Shown here one piece after another: positions 1 to 6,306 of a stretch of 12,909 nt of DNA; within the stretch, counting starts at the first letter, position 1; every line of letters begins with the position of its first letter. The stretch comes from Candidatus Iainarchaeum sp. (GTDB taxonomy: Archaea > Iainarchaeota > Iainarchaeia > Iainarchaeales > DTGL01): assembly GCA_038736825.1 (NCBI GenBank), contig JAVYME010000032.1, positions 1 to 12,909 of the forward strand, in the 5' to 3' direction. The position numbers and the translations under genes were made by a program. The notes beneath the pieces were generated by a model, which saw only the letters and a program-made list of their open reading frames with translations, did not search any database and was not told the DNA's origin.

Positions 1-549
1 GGCACTGGTGATGATGGTTGCGGTGGAACCTTGAATTGCGGAGATTGCCCGACAGGCCAAAAATGCAATATTGGAACCCACAAATGCGAACCAGAAAGTG
101 TGCCCCCTACAGGGACTTTTACTTTGCTGTTTTATTTTGACGAAATAAAACGTGAAGGTGCAACTATTAGCGATTACGATAATGCCTTGAGATGTGCTTC
201 TTGGTTTGCTGGAAAGGATTTAAGCACTTTGGAAGCCAAACCACAACATGAAGCGGTTTACAAGAATTTAAACCAGTTTTTTGAATTGAGAGAAGGTTCA
301 TTGACAGGAACAAAGCTTTCCTGCTCTGTTTCTGGTGACTATCTAGACTTTAAAGATGCTGAAGGCACTCAACCCTATTATGTAATATCATGCCCTGGCG
401 TGAAGTTCAATCAATCCTATGCCTTCATTTTCAAGTATAAGAAAGCCGATGGCAAAACTTACATGATGGCTTTCAAGATGAATGTTGACGGACAAGGTTA
501 TTTGAAGCCAACAGGCGAGGTTTTGGCAAGGGACAAAGAGGTGGAATGA
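1..549 (+). CDS. extracellular Cys-motif protein, C-terminal part (5' end lies outside the window)
   Basis: Frame 1 is open from base 1, with no stop before the TTG at 31 that the ORF track uses; the stop is TGA 547-549. The window starts inside a CGGTLNCGDCPTGQKCNIGTHKC cassette of the CGxCPxGxxCxxGxxC type also seen in the next gene. The rest is a ~140 aa Cys-poor domain I cannot assign to a family. Confidence 0.6.
   Translation, partial: GTGDDGCGGTLNCGDCPTGQKCNIGTHKCEPESVPPTGTFTLLFYFDEIKREGATISDYDNALRCASWFAGKDLSTLEAKPQHEAVYKNLNQFFELREGSLTGTKLSCSVSGDYLDFKDAEGTQPYYVISCPGVKFNQSYAFIFKYKKADGKTYMMAFKMNVDGQGYLKPTGEVLARDKEVE
538..544 (+). promoter_or_regulatory. Shine-Dalgarno site (GAGGTGG) serving the TTG start at 551
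   Basis: GAGGTGG lies 6 nt upstream of TTG 551 and overlaps the end of the upstream CDS. No in-frame ATG precedes the signal peptide. Confidence 0.5.
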
Positions 550-550
550 A

Positions 551-2734
551 TTGTTTTCATCCAAGCTGGCAGCCAAAGCCATTATTTTTTCATTGTTCAC
601 AGTACTGTTTTTTGCAACAGTTGCATCTCAAAATCCAGGGCCTCAATTGACAGGTGGAGGTCTTTCATCTGAACAAGTTCCACCTTTTCCTTCTGATGGC
701 GCTGTTGGTTCAAGGTCTTGCGGTTCAATTAAACATGGCAAATGCGGTGCAAACAACATGTATTGCAATGATGGCTCTCTTACAGAAAACTGCAATTTGT
801 GTCCTCCATGTCAAAGCGGCTTTCACTGCAATGAACAAGGACATTGTGAAGCTGATATTTCACCAATGTGTGATCCTGAAACCGAAACAGAGGTTTTGGG
901 GCCGGAAGGCAAATCAATGTGTGTTCCAATTGGCGAGAGAACAGGTGATTGCTCTAAGTGTATTCCCTCGATTCAAAGCCTTGATTATGGTGGTGGAACC
1001 CTCACTCAGGGAAAAACAGTCAATTTAACGCTTGGATTGGGAGACGAAAGCTGCACAGCCTCCAAGGCAGTATTGATTGTTTCAACAAGAAAACAAATAC
1101 TTAATTTCAACACCTACTGGCATGTTTTCAATTATCCAGTAAAAAACGAATTTGCAAGTGTGAAAGCTGCATTTGACTCAATTTTTCGTTCTGAAGGCGA
1201 AGTTGATCCAAACAAAAGCACAAGGGATTTTTCAAGTGAAGTCTTTTTGTTCTACCAGTTCTGGAATTTTACAGTAGATGCACAGGTAAAAGACAACCCA
1301 TCAAATTTGCAGGATTTTTCTTTGCCTTTTACAAGCGAACAACTTGATCCGCCTTTCAAAGAAAAAATGGACTGGCTTGCGGATAGGAATAAGGATTATG
1401 AAGCACTAATACCAAGGCTTAATGTTGCATCTATCCCAAAGAGAGGATTTTTTGAAGCCACTAGAGAGGGAACAGATGACAAGTTCATTGAGGGCATGAA
1501 TTTCAAGTTTGCAGTCAAATACAATTGTGATGGAAGATGGAAATTCAGTGATTTCCAGTCTGTGCCTTTTACAGATGCTGGAGCAGTTGTGAAAACATGC
1601 ACAGATGGAACCCCTTACGGGGAATGCTATAAGGGCAGCGATCCAGCAAAAATCGGCACTTTTTGCAATCAAGGCACAATTGAGGATTGCACTTCTCACA
1701 CACAATGCTGCCCTTCAGGCACAACCTGCCAGTCAGGCAAATGTGTTGCAAGCTCAAAAAACTGCACTTATGAAGGCACTGCAATTCCAGTAAACACTTG
1801 TGTTTACAAAATAACAAGCAATCAATCCCACAAACCAATATTTTGTGATGCAAGCGCTTCTTTGGTTGCAAAATGCAGTGGTGCCAATGGCTCTGCATCA
1901 GAATGCGGTTGTCCGCCAGAAATGAACTGCCAAGCAGATGGAACCTGCAAGACAGCAGTGACTGGCCCTACAGGCCCAGGACCACAAAGAACCCCAGGCA
2001 ATCCACCGGTTGAAATCCCGCCATTTCAAGAAGGCGGCGGAACAAGCATTACGGGCGGCGGTCTTGCAGACAACGCTTGTTATATAGTTGTGCAGGCAGA
2101 ATTCAATGGCACAACGTATGATTCTTCCAAGACGGTTACTGTTGATTCTTCTTCAATTGATTCAATTTCTGTAAAGGGAAAGTTTTCCTTGAGCCAAGAG
2201 GGCTGTGCAATAGAAGCCGGCGCACAATACGGTTTCTGGGATAATTCAAGCTTTTTGGGTTCAAGAAAGGGCGGTGGAACAATCACTGCAGAGCAGGCAA
2301 CCCAAATGAGTAACAAGCAAACAGTGGAAATTCCAGGCATTGTTCTTGCCGGAATTAAAGGCTTTAATGGTTCAAAGTTTTTTGGAATCACTGGAAAAGT
2401 GAAACCAAAGGGGGCAACGCAGTTCTCTCCCAAAAACTCTGCAACAATTGCCTTCCAGTTTGGTTCCGGTGGCACAACCACTCCGCCTGGCGAAAACAAG
2501 TGCTCTGATGGAACAATAAAAAACAATTGCTCTGCAACAAAGCCAAAGTATTGTAATGAGTCGTTGGAGTTTGTTGATAATTGCCGGGAATGCGGTTGCC
2601 CTGCGAACAGCGAGTGCCAGGCTGACGGTTCTTGCAAGGAAATAGTGCCTCTTGCTGGCTGTGATCCCTGCCAGAGCATTGCGGGCTGCCTTGCATGCAT
2701 TGACAAGGCAATGGCAGAACAAACCCTGAAATGA
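551..2734 (+). CDS. large secreted Cys-rich multidomain surface protein with C-terminal 4-Cys tail
   Basis: 727-aa ORF. The TTG start lies 1 nt after the upstream stop and has an SD. N-terminal signal peptide: MFSSKLAAKAIIFSLFTVLFFATVASQ. Four cysteine cassettes lie at 719-847, 1598-1744, 1763-1948 and 2501-2635; the clearest is KCSDGTIKNNCSATKPKYCNESLEFVDNCRECGCPANSECQADGSCK. There are many N-x-S/T sequons and G/T/P-rich linkers. The extreme C-terminus is GCDPCQSIAGCLACIDKAMAEQTLK. Confidence 0.8.
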   Translation: MFSSKLAAKAIIFSLFTVLFFATVASQNPGPQLTGGGLSSEQVPPFPSDGAVGSRSCGSIKHGKCGANNMYCNDGSLTENCNLCPPCQSGFHCNEQGHCEADISPMCDPETETEVLGPEGKSMCVPIGERTGDCSKCIPSIQSLDYGGGTLTQGKTVNLTLGLGDESCTASKAVLIVSTRKQILNFNTYWHVFNYPVKNEFASVKAAFDSIFRSEGEVDPNKSTRDFSSEVFLFYQFWNFTVDAQVKDNPSNLQDFSLPFTSEQLDPPFKEKMDWLADRNKDYEALIPRLNVASIPKRGFFEATREGTDDKFIEGMNFKFAVKYNCDGRWKFSDFQSVPFTDAGAVVKTCTDGTPYGECYKGSDPAKIGTFCNQGTIEDCTSHTQCCPSGTTCQSGKCVASSKNCTYEGTAIPVNTCVYKITSNQSHKPIFCDASASLVAKCSGANGSASECGCPPEMNCQADGTCKTAVTGPTGPGPQRTPGNPPVEIPPFQEGGGTSITGGGLADNACYIVVQAEFNGTTYDSSKTVTVDSSSIDSISVKGKFSLSQEGCAIEAGAQYGFWDNSSFLGSRKGGGTITAEQATQMSNKQTVEIPGIVLAGIKGFNGSKFFGITGKVKPKGATQFSPKNSATIAFQFGSGGTTTPPGENKCSDGTIKNNCSATKPKYCNESLEFVDNCRECGCPANSECQADGSCKEIVPLAGCDPCQSIAGCLACIDKAMAEQTLK

Positions 2735-2756
2735 TTTTTTTTGAGATGGTTGAAGG

Positions 2757-3989
2757 ATGAAAAAAAAGTTTTTGGTTTTAGTTTTTTTGTTTTTTTTCCT
2801 TGACTGTTTTGCCTTCACCATAAATTCAAGGGTTGCTGACACAAGCCAGGAAATGAGGCGCGATCTCACAGAATACGCGGCAGGAGTTGCAAACACCTCT
2901 AGCCCTACAACTGCTTTCATTAAATTGCAGGAAACCGCTTTTTCCGTGAATGTTTCAGGCTTAAAGGACTGGCATGGAGAATACACTGCAGTTGCATTCT
3001 TGTACGGGCCAAGATTGATTTCAAAAGAGGGCACTATTACAGCGGAAAAGCCTTCAATAAAACTTAGGTTTTATTGGAAGAAAGGCAGTGAAATCCATGA
3101 ACTGGATTGCGAGCCAAGGCCTACGTTGAGCCTTAAAACTGTTGGGCAAGAGCAAAGGTGTGATTTGAAGGATGGCGGTTTTGCAAGGGATGGCATAATT
3201 GTTTACAGGATTGACAAAATTAGTGGTCCCGATTATGTTGAAAAGACAAGGATTGGCTGGTGGGTTTTCAAGCTTTACAGTTATTATTCCATAAAATCCG
3301 GTGCTGATCCAGCAGTGACAATAGATTACAGTTTAAAGTTTAGGACTGACACTGGCACTGGTTCTGGTGGCACTTTCACTGAGTGGGTTTCAACAGAAGC
3401 ACAACTGCGAGAAATAAGTTCTGGAGCAACCACTGGAACTGGGCAAAAGCCATTGATTGGCGCTGATGCCTGCAAGCCTTTAATTGGCAAGATTTATTAT
3501 GCTGGTGCGGAAACAGTGGATCCAAAAAGCTTTCATTTAGCGAATTTTGGAGACATTTTTTCGGTTATGGTGAGAGCCGGAGTTGACTGCCAAATAAAGG
3601 ATTTTTCTCTGGGATTGTGGAAAACCAGCACTATAAGCGGGCAGCCTGAAATAAAAATAGGCTTTCTTTTGGATGAAATTACAACCTTAAACCAGCAAGG
3701 CTCTTTTTGGAAAAATGTCATGCTCAACCAGGCAGCATATCCTGCAAAAATGTATTTGGCTGCAAGGCTTGTGAATGCAGAGGGAAGAGAGTTCTTTTCA
3801 GCTCCAGTTGAAATGACTTTTCCGTCTGTAAGTAATGGCACTGGAACCGGCACTGGACCTGGTACTGGGCCTGGAACTGGCACCGGCACTACCACTCCAC
3901 CTGTTCCATTAAAGGGTTGTGATCCCTGCCAGAGTGTTGTGGGTTGCATTGCCTGTCTTGACAGTGCAATGGCTGGAGCTCTAAAATAG
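2757..3989 (+). CDS. secreted protein of unknown family with the same C-terminal 4-Cys tail
   Basis: 410-aa ORF with an ATG start 22 nt after the upstream stop. Signal peptide: MKKKFLVLVFLFFFLDCFAFT. The body is largely beta-strand-like sequence with two Cys pairs. It is followed by a Gly/Thr/Pro linker and the tail GCDPCQSVVGCIACLDSAMAGALK. A hairpin terminator lies downstream. Confidence 0.8.
   Translation: MKKKFLVLVFLFFFLDCFAFTINSRVADTSQEMRRDLTEYAAGVANTSSPTTAFIKLQETAFSVNVSGLKDWHGEYTAVAFLYGPRLISKEGTITAEKPSIKLRFYWKKGSEIHELDCEPRPTLSLKTVGQEQRCDLKDGGFARDGIIVYRIDKISGPDYVEKTRIGWWVFKLYSYYSIKSGADPAVTIDYSLKFRTDTGTGSGGTFTEWVSTEAQLREISSGATTGTGQKPLIGADACKPLIGKIYYAGAETVDPKSFHLANFGDIFSVMVRAGVDCQIKDFSLGLWKTSTISGQPEIKIGFLLDEITTLNQQGSFWKNVMLNQAAYPAKMYLAARLVNAEGREFFSAPVEMTFPSVSNGTGTGTGPGTGPGTGTGTTTPPVPLKGCDPCQSVVGCIACLDSAMAGALK
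3837..3902 (+). other. low-complexity Gly/Thr/Pro linker (GTGTGTGPGTGPGTGTGTTTPP) inside the CDS
   Basis: Direct translation. Synonymous codons are mixed (ggc/gga/ggt/ggg, act/acc), so this is a protein-level linker and not a slippery DNA microsatellite. Confidence 0.8.
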
Positions 3990-4016
3990 GCATGGAATAA
4001 ATGTTAAAAAAAGAAT

Positions 4017-4042
4017 AAGAGCCGCATTTTTTTGCGGCTTTT
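4017..4042. terminator. bidirectional hairpin terminator between the convergent units
   Basis: AAGAGCCGCA (4017-4026) pairs with TGCGGCTTTT (4033-4042). That gives a 10-bp stem with one G-U pair and a 6-nt T loop. It is followed by T7 on the + strand (4045-4051) and by T7 on the - strand (complement of 4006-4012). It sits between the stop at 3989 (+) and the stop at 4064 (-). Confidence 0.6.
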
Positions 4043-4063
4043 AATTTTTTTGTCTTGTTTTTT

Positions 4064-6301
4064 TTATTTTTTGCTTTTCTTTGAATTGGTTGTTTTTTCT
4101 GCACTGCTTTTTGTTTCGCCTTTGCCTTCAGGCTGCTTGTATGCTTGATAGGTGAGGATTACAATGATTAAGGCTATTAGTCCAAGGAAGAAGAGTATTG
4201 CAAGGTTTGCCAGGCGGTTTCCGCCAAGGGTTGCGAGCCCTGCTTGTTCCTGCTTGTTTTGGTCTGAAATGGTTTCTGTTGGAATCGGTGTTTGGGTTTC
4301 TTCTGGTTTTATTTCTTCCATTGTTGCTTCTTCTTTCGCTAAATCCAGCAAGAGGGTTTTCTTTATCACGCCTTTGTCTGTGTTTATGGTTACCTGCATT
4401 GAAATGTTTTTGTCTTCAATGCTTTTGCCGAGCGAGATTGTGGCAGTAATGGTTTTTTCCTCGTTTACATCCAATTCAAAGGCTTCTGTGTCGAATTTGG
4501 CTGTATAGCCTTCGCCTTTTATTCCGGTTACTGTGAGCTTGCAATTGCCTGTGTTTTTGAGTTTGATTTTTGCTTTTACTGTTTTTTCTGTTTCAAGGAT
4601 TTCCTGCTCTATTTCTGATTCTGCTGAGACATCTATTTGTTCCAATCCAATTGTTTTCACTTTCACTGTAATTTTTGACTTGTCACTGTAATCTCTTGCT
4701 TTTATTTCAAGCAATGCCTCGTATTGTCCTTCTGTTATGTTTACTGGTGGAGAGAGGAATGCATAGAATTCCTTGGTTTCTCCTGCTTTGAGTGTAATTT
4801 CTGATGGCTCTATTTTGAGCCAGTTGATGCCTGTTGCCTTGATTGAAACTGTTTGCTCCATTGTGCCAGTGTTTTTTACTGTGGAGGTAATGGCTTTGCC
4901 TTGCGGGCAAACAAACGCTCCAGCGCTCATTTCAATTGTTTTTTCAAGGCCTTTTTTTGAAACTTCCAGTGAATAGCAGTCGTTGAGGTTGAAAGAGAAT
5001 TCTTTTGCGTACTTGAAATAGTTGGAGTCTATTTCCAGCAAAAAGGATTTTTGGCCTGTTTTTTCGCCTGCAAGGTTGAAGGTTACTGTTATTTTTTTCT
5101 TTTCCGCTGGCCTTAATTCAAAGGTTTCCGGTGTTACTGTGGCTTTTATTCCTGTAATGCTTGCTCTTGCAATTATTGCGTTTTTTGTCGTGTTTTCTGC
5201 TTCAAACTCGTATGAGAGCGTGTCTTCAATGCATGCGCTTTCAATGCCGGAAACTTTTGTTATTGCAAGGTTAAAGCAGTCTTTTATTGTTGCTTTGAAT
5301 TCTTGAACTGTTTCTTTTCCGTATGTTGGCGAGAAGGCTTTTATTGTGAAAGGGTATTCTTTTTCCTCTGCATTGCTTGTGTGAAAGTAAAGCTTTATGT
5401 CTTTTGATTCGTTTGGTTCCAGCACCAGGGCTTTTTCTTTTAATTCAATCCATTCTGGTGCTTCAAGGCTTAATTGAAGGGTGTCTTTTGCCCTTCCAGT
5501 GTTTTTTATTGTTATTGCAATTTGTTCTTCGCGGTCGTTGCAGGCCTGGATTTTTTTCTGTGAATCTGTTCCTATTTGTATTGCCTGCTTGTCTTTTATT
5601 TCAAGCGAGAAATCTGTGGAAGTGGAAAAATCTGTGCCTTTTATTTTTGCTGTGATTTTTCCAGTGTATGTTTTGAGTTCTGCATTGCATGGAGCTTCTA
5701 TTTTGAGCTGGGCGGCTCTTTCAGCGCCCTTGTCTAAAAGGAATTCTTGCGGCAATGCTATTGAAAGCCATTCCGGCGGCAAGCCCTCTATTTTTGCTTG
5801 CACTGTTTCCATTGTAATGCTTTTGTTGGCGATTTTTATTTCAAAGAGCGCTGGCTCGCATTGTCCTGCTTCCCTGTTTTTTGGTTCAACTGAAACTGCA
5901 AGGGTTCTGCATTCTGGCAGTGAGAGAGTAATGTTTTGGGTTTTTTCCCCTTTTTTGGAGGAATATTTTAATCCAATCACGTAAGTGCCGGGTTTTGCAT
6001 AGCAACAAGGAGTGAAGAAAGCGTAAAGTTTTTTTGTTTCGCTTGCTTCAAGAGAGAACACGAGAGGGTTTTTTGCAATTTCTTGGCCGTTAATGTTCAC
6101 CCAGTCAGCGCTTTCACCTATTGCGGTGAGCGAGTACTCTATTGTTTCAGGCCAGTTGTTTTTGAACTCGTATTCTGTTAAAACTGACTCGCAGCATTTT
6201 GCCTGCAATTGGAAAGGCCCTGAAACAAAATCGGCTTTTGCGGTTATTCCAATCATTATGAGCAAGAGCCCTAAAATCGTGTATTTGTTGAATGCGTTCA
6301 T
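4064..6301 (-). CDS. membrane-anchored surface protein with tandem Ig-like (CARDB/NEW3-like) repeats
   Basis: 745-aa ORF with an ATG start and the SD AGGAGGT 7 nt upstream. Signal peptide: MNAFNKYTILGLLLIMIGITAKA. There are about 6-7 repeats of ~95-105 aa, each with a Cys near its start and strand-like patterns such as xIKNTGxxxxTV...GINWLxIEP...LxxGExKEFYAFL. The C-terminal TM helix is LANLAILFFLGLIALIIVILTY, followed by a Lys/Ser-rich tail. Confidence 0.85.
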   Translation of the reverse strand: MNAFNKYTILGLLLIMIGITAKADFVSGPFQLQAKCCESVLTEYEFKNNWPETIEYSLTAIGESADWVNINGQEIAKNPLVFSLEASETKKLYAFFTPCCYAKPGTYVIGLKYSSKKGEKTQNITLSLPECRTLAVSVEPKNREAGQCEPALFEIKIANKSITMETVQAKIEGLPPEWLSIALPQEFLLDKGAERAAQLKIEAPCNAELKTYTGKITAKIKGTDFSTSTDFSLEIKDKQAIQIGTDSQKKIQACNDREEQIAITIKNTGRAKDTLQLSLEAPEWIELKEKALVLEPNESKDIKLYFHTSNAEEKEYPFTIKAFSPTYGKETVQEFKATIKDCFNLAITKVSGIESACIEDTLSYEFEAENTTKNAIIARASITGIKATVTPETFELRPAEKKKITVTFNLAGEKTGQKSFLLEIDSNYFKYAKEFSFNLNDCYSLEVSKKGLEKTIEMSAGAFVCPQGKAITSTVKNTGTMEQTVSIKATGINWLKIEPSEITLKAGETKEFYAFLSPPVNITEGQYEALLEIKARDYSDKSKITVKVKTIGLEQIDVSAESEIEQEILETEKTVKAKIKLKNTGNCKLTVTGIKGEGYTAKFDTEAFELDVNEEKTITATISLGKSIEDKNISMQVTINTDKGVIKKTLLLDLAKEEATMEEIKPEETQTPIPTETISDQNKQEQAGLATLGGNRLANLAILFFLGLIALIIVILTYQAYKQPEGKGETKSSAEKTTNSKKSKK

Positions 6302-6306
6302 TTTTT

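Noticed and set aside
2657-2731. C-terminal Cys tail as a known sorting signal (PGF-CTERM, CGP-CTERM, GlyGly-CTERM, PEP-CTERM) or as a RiPP core peptide
   Set aside because: There is no TM-length hydrophobic segment and no terminal basic cluster, so it does not fit the tripartite sortase-type signals. The precursor proteins are 410-727 aa with signal peptides, and no radical-SAM, lanthionine or cyclodehydratase genes are nearby, so a RiPP is unlikely. It is reported instead as an unexplained new tag.
2080-3034. Long antisense ORFs (2080-2706, 2372-3034, 2388-2711 on the minus strand) opposite the plus-strand genes
   Set aside because: They lie entirely within or across the strongly supported plus-strand CDSs, and 2372-3034 even spans the intergenic junction. 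Their sequence is low-complexity Arg/Cys/Gln-rich, with no signal peptide, SD or domain logic. Their apparent conservation (WQGSQP) is just the mirror image of the conserved GCDPCQS tail.
3837-3902. Gly-Thr repeat as a slippage-prone microsatellite or phase-variation site
   Set aside because: Codons are synonymously scrambled, so there is no perfect DNA-level tandem repeat. It is a protein-level flexible linker.
5481-5984. Plus-strand ORFs inside 4064-6301 and 6307-9024 (for example 5481-5984, 5022-5306, 4152-4508, 6417-6623, 8454-8681), and 11469-11963 and 11786-12130 opposite 11484-12359
   Set aside because: These are shadow ORFs of long minus-strand genes with coherent repeat architecture. 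They are Phe/Leu/Ser/Cys-rich as expected from antisense translation and have no start context.
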